From a virus (taxonomy: Duplodnaviria; Caudoviricetes): a stretch of DNA of 57,579 nucleotides. The notes under the pieces were generated by a model. That model did no database searches and had not been told where the DNA came from. It saw only the letters and a list, made by a program, of their open reading frames with translations. The translations under genes were made by a program, and so were the position numbers. The stretch lies in IMG/VR virus record IMGVR_UViG_3300025769_000133, positions 1 through 57,579 of that record. One strand, given 5' to 3'. Positions 18,601 to 27,953 of the stretch are shown one piece after another (position 1 is the stretch's first letter; each line of letters starts with the position of its first letter).

Positions 18601-21600
18601 TTCAGCTTCATTATCTATTAAAGCAAACCTATCTGCATCAACTTCTTCACCTTGACCAATTGGCTCTAAAATACTTTTTGGTTGTTTTCTTTTAGTTTTC
18701 TTAGTAACTGGTGGTGGAGTAGGTTTTTTAGGTATTGTTTTCTTAATCTCTTCTTTAGCAAGTTCCGCATCTTCACTCATTAAATCTAAAAGCTTTAAGA
18801 AATCAACATCTGACGCTTCTTGAGATTCTAATATACCATCTGAGTTTACACTTAATTCAGTAGAAACAATGTCTTTTAACTTGTCTAAATCAATAGATTC
18901 AAGTTTTCCTTCTCTCATGAAATCTCTAGCATTAGCTATAATTTCATCAGCTTGCATTTGCTTGTTCTCTGGATCAAGTTTTATATAAGCATTTATTAAA
19001 TTCTTAAATTCTTGTTCAGACTCTGGACTATCAAACTTTAAAGCACCAGTTTCAAGATCTTTAGCTATTTGTTCTGCTATTTTCAATGTAATGTCATCTC
19101 CAAACTCTTCTTCTAGTACATCCACAAAGTAATGATCTAATTCATGATTAAACTTCGGAAGTGTTTTATTAGCTCTATTAAGTAAGTAAGCTTCTCTAGA
19201 GAATATAAATACTTTATCTTTTTTAATATACTTAGCTTGTTGAGTTATTCCGTCTGATTTTAAAGTAGTTCCGATAGATTCAGCATAAGCTTCAGCCTCT
19301 TCGTTTGTATCGAATATTTTTACATCTACATCTTTATCTTTTGCATTTTCTATTTTATTCAAAAATTCATTTTGACTTTCAGTAAATTGTTGAGATTTAT
19401 CACTAGTAAATTCTTGTTTAACATCTCCTTCTTCAGTTGTTGTAGCTTCAAACAATTGAGCTAATTGATCTTCAATTTCTTTTATTCTTTGCTCTGTTTC
19501 TAGTTTTATATTATAAGGCAACTCACCTTTTAATTTTTCTTTTAAATCATATAACTCACTTTCTAACATTACTTGCTGAGCAGCTACATCATCGCTTAGT
19601 GTTATATCTACTTTTTGAAGTATGTCATGAGTTTTTAACAAAGAAGCTTTTTGCTCATTAAACTTTATCTCTGCTTCTTCAATTTTCTTTTTCTTTACAC
19701 TTTCGTCTACAGCGCTGTTTGTTATTTTGTCTATTGTTTGCGTTCTTAAAACTTCTAATTGTTTCATGTAGACATCAACAACTTCTTTGCTTTTTAATGT
19801 AGACCATTCTGCAACGTGGTTTTCTAGCCATTTCTGTCTATTTCTAACTGATTTAACATTTGATATCACGTTTACAGAAACCATACCTTTGTTAACAATA
19901 CCCATACCCAAAAAAGAAACTTTAGCGGTTTCAATAAGTCTATTGTTATATTCCTCACTACCAAAATCAGGACTGTTAAATAAAGTATCTTCCCAACCTT
20001 TTTCTATTAATTTATTATCTTGAGATTTTTCGATGAGCATATTAACCATTTCCTGAATGGTCTCATCAGCTACATTAAAAGCTAAACCATTTACATATGT
20101 TATAGCTCCTGCTTTTACTAATTGATCAATTTCGTTTTTTACAAATTGTTTTAAACCTATACCTTTAATTTCATTTTTAGCAGCTCTACCAGTTATATAA
20201 GTAGCGAGTCTACTCATAGCTCGTGAGTTGCCTAAAGCTTCTATACCTATTTTATCCAAGTAAGCTTCTATACCTGGTTTAAAAAGCTCTATAATACTTC
20301 TGTCCATAGGAGATAGATTAACTTTCTTACCTGTTTTAGCTTCTAATTCCTTTATACTTTCATCTAAAGAAACCACAGAGTCAACGTGTAATCTAGTTAA
20401 AATACTTATAGGAGTATTTTCTACAGCACTTAAAGTTATAGCTTGTCTTTTGTTTATTTTACCAGCTTTATATGCGTCCATTATCTGCGCATTCTTTCTA
20501 CCTAGCCATTTTAGTCTAGATGGATTATCAACCCAGTTAACTAATCTACCAACTGTGCTAGCTTTACTAGCTCCAGCTGTAGCTACAGTTACTGCTATAT
20601 CAAAAGCAACATCAGTGACTAAGCCTAAAACTTGATACCCAGTTGTATCCCAATCTTGTAAATCATAACTCTGTGCAAATCCACCAGGTTTTATAGTAAG
20701 TTCGTCCTCAATAAATTGATCAACAGCAGCATTCATTGCACTAATGGCATCTTGAGTAAGATCTACCATTTGAGCTTCTAAAGCTGCAAGTTCATCTGCG
20801 CCAACACCTTCTAATATAGCTTCAGTAAGCATGTGTTGTAATTTCGTTATTTCTAACCCTATACTCCCTAATCCAGGTAGTATTTTAGCACCATTAGCTA
20901 GTATTCTGTTGAATACGAAAGCTACATCTTGAGCCCATGTTTGACCTTTTTCACTTATAGCATCGGTCATGTTTTCCATTTCTTGCTCTGCTGCTTTTTG
21001 AGCGCTGTTTAAACTTTGTATTGTTTTGGTTAACATGTTCTTAGAAAAGTCTATCTTATCATTAAGTTTTGACATTTCATCATGAAGACCTATTTGATCA
21101 ACCTTGTTCTCAACCTGTAACCCGCTCATTGGTAGTTGCCCTCTAGAACCTGAAAAATCACCAAGAAAATTATCTCTTTCTCTAATTATTAAAGGTAAAC
21201 CGCCATCAGTAGTTGCGTCTTTAGGGTATGTAAAACTAATTTCATTACCTGGTGAAGTTAAAACTGTTTGCTCTATACCAGCCGCATTAGCTGGTGGGTT
21301 ATTAAAAGAAGTGTTGTCTTTATATATCTGATTACCATCAGCGTCTAAATACTGTACACTATATAAACTTATTGGAGTACTGTTATAAGTAGCTAAAACT
21401 TGTTTATACTTATCTTTTATAACATTATTGTTGTCTATCCTATTATTTATTTCTTCACCTAGTTTAACATACTGTCTTCTAGTTTTACTTCCTTTTTCTT
21501 TACTTTTTGGATCTTTTTCTAGCTCAGCAAATTGTTGTTTTAATTTTTTAGTTTCAGTCTTATAGCTTTGAAAAGAACTAGCCATTTCATTAAGTACATT

Positions 21601-23787
21601 ATCCATCTGCAACTTAGTATTGCTAGTTTTGTTAATGTTGTCTGATAAACTGTTAGTTGTAGGATCGTTTTGTACTTCCTCTAACAATTGATCGTATCTT
21701 TGTTTAAAATAATTAGCTCTATTTAATATATCTTGAAGTTTACCAACAGCTGTATTATTAAAGTCTGCTTTTCCACCCTCTTTGATTCTATCAGCTATTG
21801 TTTCTTGATTTTTCTTTAACCAAGGAAAAATGAAAGCAAAACTTTCTGATTTCTGTAAAGCAAGTTCGTATCCATCTTCTGTATCATACTTTTGTAAAGC
21901 TCTTAAACCACCATCATCGTCTTCTTTTATACCGTCAGGCATATAACCATACCAATCTGTAAATTGTATAAAATCAGCAGCTTTGCCATCAGTGTTTAAA
22001 ACATCACCCGTATATAGGTTTTGCCAAACATCTGCGGTTCTAGGAACTCCATCTATATCATATGCAACATCTGCATATAGTCTCTTATCTATTGGATCGT
22101 AGAAAAAACCATACGAAGCAAACTCTGATGAATTTATAGACTCAAGTATTTCTCTAACTGTTATCTCACCGTTTTCAAATCTATTTTTCAAATTATCAAC
22201 GGCTGTGTTGAAAAACTCATAAGCATCCTCTGGTTCCATGTCTTCAAAGTCTGCAATAATTTTTACGTTTGGATCGCTTTTACTAGGAACTAACAGTAAA
22301 TCTAAGTCTGGTTGAAACAGTTCATCTATATAAGTTTGAGCATTTGCTTCAAATATTAAGTTTAACTCATATGGGGTTGGTGCATACTTCTCGCGCTTTT
22401 CATCAGCATTAGCGTCAATAATAAAGCCGTCATCGTAAGGATCTATAGCTGAATCCATTAAAGGTACTGGAGTATATTTAACTTCAATTTCTCCGTATGG
22501 AGTTTCTCTAGCTAAAACTAACTGATCTTCTCCACCAATAAAAGTTTCAATTTGACTTTCTTTAAACTTATAATCGTATTCAAAATCTATGTCACCGTCT
22601 TTAGTTTGAAACGGTATAGGCATTGAGTAATCTATCTCTGGAATTAATATATCTTGTTTACTGGTTTCAGGGCCTTTCCATTTTATACCTATTAGTTTAA
22701 AATCTTCAAAACCAGAACCTTTAACTTCACTTTTTCTTAAGTCTGGATTATAAACACTTCTTTTTTTGTTTTGCATTTTATCCCACTCGCTTGAAACTCT
22801 ATTAGCTAAGTTTGGATTAACTTCAGCTATTTCGTCCATTGAAGTTATATCAAAATCAGGATCAAAACTGTTTTTAGATAATTCTTTATTCCACTTTTCT
22901 CCTTGATAAACTTCATTTAATCTTTTATTAAATTCATCTATAGGTATATAGCTATTTCTACCTCCTGACATCCATAATTCTTTGTCTTCAGGTTTTAATT
23001 TATCTAAAGTGTTAAGATTATGCTCCGTAGCCTCGTCCAATGTAAGGGTTTTCGTAGTGTAATCTTCTCCATCACCTTCATAGACTCTTACCTCATCACC
23101 CGTTTCGTGCTTCTCATATTGCTCTAATCTTTCGTATTGATCTCTATTTAAATCAAGTTTTACTACTCCCTCTTGATCAACACTTGGATCAAATATATCA
23201 TCTAAAATATTTCTTAACGCTGGATCATCTATAGTAGAAGTATCTTTTTCTATGTTTATTAAACCATCTTCACTAACATTTTCTTCTGCCCAGTTTTTAA
23301 TTTCCTCTAATTTTTTATTATCTTTTTGTTCTTTTTTTGCTGGTTGTACATATCTCCATGGATAATCAGAAGACTGAGTGTAAGGATTGTTGTCGTTTAT
23401 AGTTGAAGAAGTTACGGTTGGCGTAGGTGCTTTTTTAACTTTATTATTAACTTTAGGTACTTTTATTTTATGATCGCTCCAGTTGTAGTTACCATTTTTA
23501 TCTTTAGTGTTCTTACCTTTACCCTGTACAGTGTACTTAAGTTTTTCTCTACCTTTTAGATCTTCCCATTTTTGATTAGTACCTGGTTTTATTTTGGTCT
23601 TTGGAGTTTTTTGCTTTTTATTGTAATTAGGCCCTTTTTGTGCTGTGGACACTTGAGCTTGAGAATATCCACTACCACCTTTACCTTTTAAACTAGCTTT
23701 GCTAGATTTTTTAGCTTGCTTTTTCGCTTTTCTCTTTTTTGGATTGCCAGGACCTGTGTTAAAATTAGTACTAGAAAATGTAACCAT
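12697..23787 (-). CDS. Giant multidomain (polyvalent-type) internal virion/ejection protein, 3696 aa
   Basis: Follows smaller ejection proteins. Lys-rich N-terminus, coiled coils, HELDH zincin motif, HAD domain (DFDDT), helical C-terminal region. Confidence 0.8.
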   Translation of the reverse strand: MVTFSSTNFNTGPGNPKKRKAKKQAKKSSKASLKGKGGSGYSQAQVSTAQKGPNYNKKQKTPKTKIKPGTNQKWEDLKGREKLKYTVQGKGKNTKDKNGNYNWSDHKIKVPKVNNKVKKAPTPTVTSSTINDNNPYTQSSDYPWRYVQPAKKEQKDNKKLEEIKNWAEENVSEDGLINIEKDTSTIDDPALRNILDDIFDPSVDQEGVVKLDLNRDQYERLEQYEKHETGDEVRVYEGDGEDYTTKTLTLDEATEHNLNTLDKLKPEDKELWMSGGRNSYIPIDEFNKRLNEVYQGEKWNKELSKNSFDPDFDITSMDEIAEVNPNLANRVSSEWDKMQNKKRSVYNPDLRKSEVKGSGFEDFKLIGIKWKGPETSKQDILIPEIDYSMPIPFQTKDGDIDFEYDYKFKESQIETFIGGEDQLVLARETPYGEIEVKYTPVPLMDSAIDPYDDGFIIDANADEKREKYAPTPYELNLIFEANAQTYIDELFQPDLDLLLVPSKSDPNVKIIADFEDMEPEDAYEFFNTAVDNLKNRFENGEITVREILESINSSEFASYGFFYDPIDKRLYADVAYDIDGVPRTADVWQNLYTGDVLNTDGKAADFIQFTDWYGYMPDGIKEDDDGGLRALQKYDTEDGYELALQKSESFAFIFPWLKKNQETIADRIKEGGKADFNNTAVGKLQDILNRANYFKQRYDQLLEEVQNDPTTNSLSDNINKTSNTKLQMDNVLNEMASSFQSYKTETKKLKQQFAELEKDPKSKEKGSKTRRQYVKLGEEINNRIDNNNVIKDKYKQVLATYNSTPISLYSVQYLDADGNQIYKDNTSFNNPPANAAGIEQTVLTSPGNEISFTYPKDATTDGGLPLIIRERDNFLGDFSGSRGQLPMSGLQVENKVDQIGLHDEMSKLNDKIDFSKNMLTKTIQSLNSAQKAAEQEMENMTDAISEKGQTWAQDVAFVFNRILANGAKILPGLGSIGLEITKLQHMLTEAILEGVGADELAALEAQMVDLTQDAISAMNAAVDQFIEDELTIKPGGFAQSYDLQDWDTTGYQVLGLVTDVAFDIAVTVATAGASKASTVGRLVNWVDNPSRLKWLGRKNAQIMDAYKAGKINKRQAITLSAVENTPISILTRLHVDSVVSLDESIKELEAKTGKKVNLSPMDRSIIELFKPGIEAYLDKIGIEALGNSRAMSRLATYITGRAAKNEIKGIGLKQFVKNEIDQLVKAGAITYVNGLAFNVADETIQEMVNMLIEKSQDNKLIEKGWEDTLFNSPDFGSEEYNNRLIETAKVSFLGMGIVNKGMVSVNVISNVKSVRNRQKWLENHVAEWSTLKSKEVVDVYMKQLEVLRTQTIDKITNSAVDESVKKKKIEEAEIKFNEQKASLLKTHDILQKVDITLSDDVAAQQVMLESELYDLKEKLKGELPYNIKLETEQRIKEIEDQLAQLFEATTTEEGDVKQEFTSDKSQQFTESQNEFLNKIENAKDKDVDVKIFDTNEEAEAYAESIGTTLKSDGITQQAKYIKKDKVFIFSREAYLLNRANKTLPKFNHELDHYFVDVLEEEFGDDITLKIAEQIAKDLETGALKFDSPESEQEFKNLINAYIKLDPENKQMQADEIIANARDFMREGKLESIDLDKLKDIVSTELSVNSDGILESQEASDVDFLKLLDLMSEDAELAKEEIKKTIPKKPTPPPVTKKTKRKQPKSILEPIGQGEEVDADRFALIDNEAEKKKIISQIKDLIKDKDKNKDKISRLQERIKELNKGIQNAEDVATIEDPNSGPGAKQRAENRLDANNKEAIVQFVVNSKMTGNEYTGTVETKDGEKLSYSIPRSEIEEALRSTEYPNIYNAFFKRKKKFKDMPFGLKVKNDLILRWQQVVDPLIQKDIREQRDTEEGPSLFVTDSNLEESLEKVEPKKAAKINMRKAMGILEGSDIFEKVKEGVVNTFKGVLPEVKTNKLKKALEKSYATQSEQSVRLLIDEMGGVEPFLETYGEEVYEAISQSAFNKSYPEFNKPGRRLSTTEFDKLVSEGLIDKKEAATARTAGYFLYEKQPYNKKKFIESFTNPEKGTTYSKKNGLVSLLAKELGKDATMEVLSDPEVMEMYNERNELLNQARVTINEVAEVIDKNPDSRFALDGVAEKIQRKLYQTFADAVREAGKDGDKIDVLETKLSKNFSEEMLEMFDDVIEPLKALFRDAVSGYKKRLKSKIDDSNLPQDYKNEANDIFENKTMSKGKGTETSMKEMHKFQMDFISKLPGKLVESLKGANFFSYIYNYLDGGKKRGGGFGPFKSQLDEVNKVINKLKNQEELDFNPEDIELMNAGYGVLGRAETILDKDISKEEKLEQLGLNEDGTVKSGSILDKIQKANEVNTKAIEYLMTKAAESIASDSKNIKGFLRWLESMTNNTKSLRALSRVNDIEVNDKSQAAFVNLSTGETSNSLSDAQKKDNDWVINFNHASYDEAKEFAEEFHKNTRVNKKAKIEAKIADLLKYKGEHIDVASNLMADMAIDVLEAADKLRKAQTNLEKEGIIESLKNKIALRLTNYSQSHVPKVRAEMTDSLLGSTSTAQNIRYESMGETEDRVSITNPTETFDPAEATVSAETIQEVVDQNEDVIKSIEDTQKPKSKDRLALENTNAPVVLEGDLTGPEVLSKMKSLDALTQKARNKRKTKPKKARVFDFDDTIANTNSKVFYTMPDGTKGELTAEEFAKDGDKIREQGGEFDFSDFNRVVEGKQGPLFDLLKQMKNAKGKRDIFILTARAPESAKAIHEWLKSQGVDIPLENITGLGNSSPQAKAEWFIGKYIDEDYNDFYFADDHLPNVEAVSDVLDIIDVKSKTQQAKERFALDGEKIANRLFEMVAKKAKKDPETIKDISNIKAQIKGRKRFENPMAPSSTQNFTGLLYKFLGKGQEGNEDFEFLKDNLVKPYTRALNDLAAFKNSLLADFNATLDNFVGKGKAIPKLNAQAPGLGGYTYEDAIRILAWDNQGIQADGVPKTTMEKIRSMARNNPAVKRMADQLVNITKGDGYYYPGLEWGAGSMMGDLMQGVSRITRARLLSEWNQNIETIFGKDNGSRYDSKLMNAIEYQYGTKYRKSFEDMLRRMKSGRNRRIGNSSQENKFYDWLNNSVGAVMFFNMRSGILQTLSAANYINWSFNNPAKAAAAFANQPQYWKDFMNLFNSDFLVDRRGGNKINISESEIFDATHNQSNKPKAFLNLLLRKGFSITQVADSFAIASGGATFYRNRIKDLTKKGMSEDEASAQAYEEWTALSREAQQSSDAMEVSSQQAGGLGRTILAFANTPMQYNRIIGKAISDLANGRGDWKSNISRIAYYGALQNIMFNALQQAVFAAIGNGDEDELDEKTLNTLDGMLTSLLRGMGVGGSIVAAIKDVGLDIYDRTQKPRPEYYKAVFEALNIAPPVDVKVSKFVRGMNTYEYNEDSPKMKDYFSVDNPLYMSGALLTASVTNIPLDRLLQKMINVKDALAQDQENWKRVALLMGWSEWQLESKSQQDQRKDVESDEKHYYKALENPSLYNKAEQEDILRQHGYSQDEIDGMKKQGDRVEAILKAEKSSGNKYTSKIPTEKSIQKEEEEITEPIVVEDEKVEVEKAEEKPKPKTEAKPKQAMPKQTKPKKVNFTENTSFKNNRVPVEKRNKQELELYELPAAEQKDSLKSLGLSEKEIKALKYEGDRVRKILELQK

Positions 23788-23788
23788 A

Positions 23789-25060
23789 TTATACGATATT
23801 TACTTTTTCAACTGTTTCGTCAAATAAGTTATTAGATGATTTAACTACTTCACCAGCGTTTTCAACACCTTCATCAGAATCACCTTGCTTAACAGCTGAT
23901 TCTTGTTTGACGTAAGGTAATACGCTTTGGTTATGATAACCATTATTAAAAGACCAACCTAATAAATCTCTTTGAAAATCAATTAATGGTGAGTTTTTCT
24001 GAGTGTAGTTTACTTCAGCACCCATGTATGAACCCCATTGTTCTCCACCATTCTCTTGGTAATCCTTTACTAAATCTACATTAGGGAAATACTTTCTGTA
24101 TTCTGAAAATATAGACACAAGTTTATTTTCTAAAGGTGACCAAGAATCAGGATTTTCATAATCTAAACCATTTAAAACACTTACAGACATTTGTTGAGCT
24201 TGAGGCCATAAAGACTGCATACTACTTTTTTGATTTAATATATTAGTATGATCGTAATTAGATATAACTTCTTCTATTTTTTGATTATCTTCTATAGTAT
24301 ACATTACATCTTCTTTATCACTTTTTACAGGTTGTAATGCTAAATCAGCAGTTATTTGTTCTACTAATGGAACATCTCCTACTGAATCCATACTATTATA
24401 TACTAATTCTTTCGGATCACCTAATAAAGGTATTAATTGATCTGAGTTAATATTTGGATCTAATTGTTGTTGTATAAGTCTTTCTACATATATAGGTTCA
24501 CTATTCTCTTTGTATATTAAAAGCTCATCATTCTCGTCTAATTCTAAGTTAAAATTAGCATCTTGATTAACATTGAAGTCGCTTATGTAATCTAACCATT
24601 GTTTGTTTTCAGCCATTAAACCTACATTTATAGAACCTGGTGATCCTAACGGTTTCACCAAGGCTTCAGACAAAGCACTATTAGCGTCCTTAAATATGGA
24701 TAAAGCACCTACTATTTTATCAGGCATGTTTAAAAGCTTTTTTTGTCTAGCTGGATCATTATCTACAACAGCTTGATAATAAGCATCTTTCATTCTAGTC
24801 GCTACAAAATTAGCGTTTTTACTGTTAGTATTTACAGGAGGCTTTGAAATATTACTTAAAGATCCTAAGTTACCACCGTTGTAACTTTGTAATTTTAAGT
24901 AATTAATAGTATCACTAGCATGTTTAAAGTCGTTTTTTAAACCCTTTTCCGCAACACCTGATTGTATTTCTACAGCTTTATTAAAATCCTGTACACTATC
25001 AGTATCACGCTTGTTACCGTGTTTGTCACTAGTTGTAGCTTGGTTAGAATAATCTTTCAT
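23789..25060 (-). CDS. Putative internal virion (ejection) protein, 423 aa
   Basis: Position between pilot-like protein and giant protein, as in podovirus ejectosome gene order. Confidence 0.55.
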   Translation of the reverse strand: MKDYSNQATTSDKHGNKRDTDSVQDFNKAVEIQSGVAEKGLKNDFKHASDTINYLKLQSYNGGNLGSLSNISKPPVNTNSKNANFVATRMKDAYYQAVVDNDPARQKKLLNMPDKIVGALSIFKDANSALSEALVKPLGSPGSINVGLMAENKQWLDYISDFNVNQDANFNLELDENDELLIYKENSEPIYVERLIQQQLDPNINSDQLIPLLGDPKELVYNSMDSVGDVPLVEQITADLALQPVKSDKEDVMYTIEDNQKIEEVISNYDHTNILNQKSSMQSLWPQAQQMSVSVLNGLDYENPDSWSPLENKLVSIFSEYRKYFPNVDLVKDYQENGGEQWGSYMGAEVNYTQKNSPLIDFQRDLLGWSFNNGYHNQSVLPYVKQESAVKQGDSDEGVENAGEVVKSSNNLFDETVEKVNIV

Positions 25061-25069
25061 TTTTTTATT

Positions 25070-25813
25070 TTAAGGATTGGGTGATATTGCTCCTACGCCA
25101 ACTAAGTTACCTATAGTACCCATTCCAGCGCTAGCTATATTCCCAAACGCATCGTATTTCATTTGAGTATGAGCTTGTTCTTTTTGTAACTCATTGTCCA
25201 TTTGAGCTGATAATCTATCTAATTTAGCCATGTCCCTCTCTTCTTGCTGAGCAAATCTCCATTGTTCGCCTTGTGCTACTTGAGTTTGTCTAGCTTGTTC
25301 ACCTCTTGCTACCGCCATTTGTCTAGTTGACTCTCCTTGAGCAACGGCCATTTGTCTAGATTGTTCGCCTTGTGCTTTTAACTTTTGGTTATTAGCCTCT
25401 TGTTGTTCTATACTAGCAGATATACCTTTTTTACTTTCTAGAGCCATACGAGCTAATGCTGTAGCACCTCCAGAACCTCTACCGGTCCTTAACATAGTGT
25501 CTAAGGTGTTAGCTAAAGCTTGATCAGCTTGTTCTGCTTGAAACTCAGCGGCTTGAGTAGCTACTCCTAAGTTAGCATAAGGATTATCCATTTTAGCATA
25601 TGGATTTGTTAGATCTTTAAAAGGATTAGTTGCGCTAGCGTATGGGTTGGTTATAGCCTGCATAGCGTTTTCTTTATCAGTTATAGCACCTTCTATTTCC
25701 CCTGCTTTTATTCTCGCTTTTTTAGCTTTATTATTATTAGAAATAGCACTAGCTGTGTTGGCTCCAACCGCTATCGCGCCTCCTACTACCACTGCTGTTG
25801 TTACTGCTGCCAT
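25070..25813 (-). CDS. Putative ejection/pilot protein with internal repeats
   Basis: Hydrophobic Ala/Gly-rich termini, NP[YF] 7-aa repeats, 11-aa A[QR]GExxRQ repeats, Gln-rich coiled coil. Confidence 0.65.
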   Translation of the reverse strand: MAAVTTAVVVGGAIAVGANTASAISNNNKAKKARIKAGEIEGAITDKENAMQAITNPYASATNPFKDLTNPYAKMDNPYANLGVATQAAEFQAEQADQALANTLDTMLRTGRGSGGATALARMALESKKGISASIEQQEANNQKLKAQGEQSRQMAVAQGESTRQMAVARGEQARQTQVAQGEQWRFAQQEERDMAKLDRLSAQMDNELQKEQAHTQMKYDAFGNIASAGMGTIGNLVGVGAISPNP

Positions 25814-25814
25814 A

Positions 25815-26225
25815 TTAATTTATTTTTTTCATTAATTCATATGATGGTGTTTTATCCACAAACCATCCGCTTTTTTCAAAAGTGTTAATCAAGTTTTTAT
25901 GTTTTCCTACAAATAAAACGTATTTAAAACCTTGAGCTTTCAATATATTTTCTGCTGCATTTATAAAGAGTTCTAAAGCTTCTTGCCTGTCGTTTTCTCT
26001 ATATTCTGGGTCTGATATTATATATTCTACCCAAGCTCCTTTTGAGTTAGTAGTATACATAAAACCAGCAAGTATTTTTCTTTCTCCTTTTTCTACCATT
26101 AGACCACAAAGGCCATTATCGGGTAATGCTTCTCTATCAGGTGTTTTCCACCCATTCCATTTTTCCCACCAAGTTGGTAAAATTTTCCAGTCTGATTCTT
26201 GTAATCTTCTAATATTTAATTGCAT
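25815..26225 (-). CDS. GNAT-fold acetyltransferase-like virion-assembly protein
   Basis: IRRLQESDW, GLMV..AGFMY..WVEYIISDPEYR, FEKSGW pattern; position like T7 gp13. Confidence 0.6.
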   Translation of the reverse strand: MQLNIRRLQESDWKILPTWWEKWNGWKTPDREALPDNGLCGLMVEKGERKILAGFMYTTNSKGAWVEYIISDPEYRENDRQEALELFINAAENILKAQGFKYVLFVGKHKNLINTFEKSGWFVDKTPSYELMKKIN

Positions 26226-27926
26226 TTAATTGATTTGATTTGTTCTTATAAATTTACTACCTGCGGAGAATAGTTCTTTAACACCGCCTAATTGAGTACT
26301 TTCGTCTGTGCTAAGTTTAACTTCAGCTGTAAAACCTTTTATACCAGCCATATCTGATCCATAGATAATCTCTTCGTAAGCTACGTCACTATTGTTAATT
26401 AAGTTAGACATGTATACGTTTTCTTTCCTATTAAACCCAACTCTTAAGTTATAACCTTGATCGTCTATGTATAAACCTTCAGTGAAACTTTTAACGGATG
26501 CTGATGTGTCTCTAGTTTCTTCCCAATTAGAATAAAAATCTGGACCTGTAAAATAAGATCTAAAATAGTCTACTTGCCATCCATTGCTTCCTTCATAACT
26601 AACTGTTTTAAAGTTTTTCATTATTGATGGTTGGGGATTGAAAACAAAGACTATACTTGAATTATATTGTTCTCCATAAAAATAGCTTCTATTAGCTGTA
26701 GGAAAGTAGTGTTGGTATAACTCTATATTGTTAGACGTGTAAAAATTTCTTTTAAAACTTTGTATTATTGTTGGTTTATAAGTATAGAAACTAACCCAAC
26801 CTCTAACAGTTTCATCATAAGCTAAAGTTTTATATTCTCCAACTTCTTCATTTGGATTAGCTGGTTGAATAGATAGTAAATACTCGTCAGCATAGTTATC
26901 AAAGCCACCAACAACAGAATCTTTTCTAAAACTTGAAAATGTGGCTTCATCATCGACAGGTATGTCTATTTGGTTGTTTAAAGTTATATTTACAGTTGAA
27001 TTAGCTCCAGATCCAGCATATCCAGTTAAATCCACTATTATGGGTGAATTAGGAAATGATTGTAAAGTCATTCCATTTTCTAACAACTCTACATCTTCAC
27101 CCTCTGCCGTTATAACATAACCACTTCCTGCTTGTAAAGTAACTGAAACATTATATAAAGAAAGTTGTTCTCTCAAAGAACCTAACTTGTCTCTAAAAAA
27201 ATCTTTCATACCATAGTTGCTTATTTCAGTAAGCCCATCATACGTAAGTCTAAGAACTTTTCCTCTATAAGCATCTGTAAAATATCTTCTAGTACCAAAG
27301 TGAGCGAAACTTTCAGGATTTTTACTTATTCCATAATCACCATTATATGGTGTAACTTGACCAATAACTACATCAGCAGTTGTAAGAGAACCGCCTCCTG
27401 AAGCTGAATATATAGCATCTTTATCAATTAAACCTCTACTACATTTATTTTCTTGTAATATGTCTAGATTAGTATTAGATGCAAATATTTTTTGTATAGA
27501 TCCATATCTTGGATCTACATCTTTTCTTATATCTTCAGCTATAGAAAACACATTAGTTTCATTTATCTGTGTTGTAGAGTTAAAAATGCCTGAATATATT
27601 ATACTTGAACTTAGTACTTGCTCATCTTTTATTTCTACAGCTGCGTAAGCTTTTGGTCCTAATTCTGTTTGTGTATTATTGTAACCACCTCTTATTCTAG
27701 ATTCTTCTACGTACCAATTGTATTCAGCTGGAGCACTGTTTTTTCTAGTCATATCAACGCCAAAACAAGGGTAACCTTCAGGAACCCAAGGTAAACTAGG
27801 CCAAACAGCTTCTGAGTTAACTTTAACGGAAACATTATTAGTTCCTGAGTTAGTTTCAAACAAACTACCAACAGCTCTTTTAAGTAAAAAAGTGTTAAAA
27901 TAACTTACCTCTATTACTGTACTCAT
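26226..27926 (-). CDS. Tail stabilisation/nozzle protein, C-terminal part
   Basis: EESRIRGGYN, YGISKNPESFA..YFTD..RG.VLRL..DGLTEIS.YGM, GWVSFY, KNFKTVSYEG motifs of crAss-like stabilisation proteins. Confidence 0.72.
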   Translation of the reverse strand: MSTVIEVSYFNTFLLKRAVGSLFETNSGTNNVSVKVNSEAVWPSLPWVPEGYPCFGVDMTRKNSAPAEYNWYVEESRIRGGYNNTQTELGPKAYAAVEIKDEQVLSSSIIYSGIFNSTTQINETNVFSIAEDIRKDVDPRYGSIQKIFASNTNLDILQENKCSRGLIDKDAIYSASGGGSLTTADVVIGQVTPYNGDYGISKNPESFAHFGTRRYFTDAYRGKVLRLTYDGLTEISNYGMKDFFRDKLGSLREQLSLYNVSVTLQAGSGYVITAEGEDVELLENGMTLQSFPNSPIIVDLTGYAGSGANSTVNITLNNQIDIPVDDEATFSSFRKDSVVGGFDNYADEYLLSIQPANPNEEVGEYKTLAYDETVRGWVSFYTYKPTIIQSFKRNFYTSNNIELYQHYFPTANRSYFYGEQYNSSIVFVFNPQPSIMKNFKTVSYEGSNGWQVDYFRSYFTGPDFYSNWEETRDTSASVKSFTEGLYIDDQGYNLRVGFNRKENVYMSNLINNSDVAYEEIIYGSDMAGIKGFTAEVKLSTDESTQLGGVKELFSAGSKFIRTNQIN

Positions 27927-27953
27927 ATAATTACTTGTTTTAAATTAATATTA

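Noticed and set aside
22575-22865. DFDIT and DGDID strings in the giant protein as a virion RNAP catalytic motif
   Set aside because: They lie in a generally acidic region without conserved RNAP context, and DFDIT lacks the third Asp.
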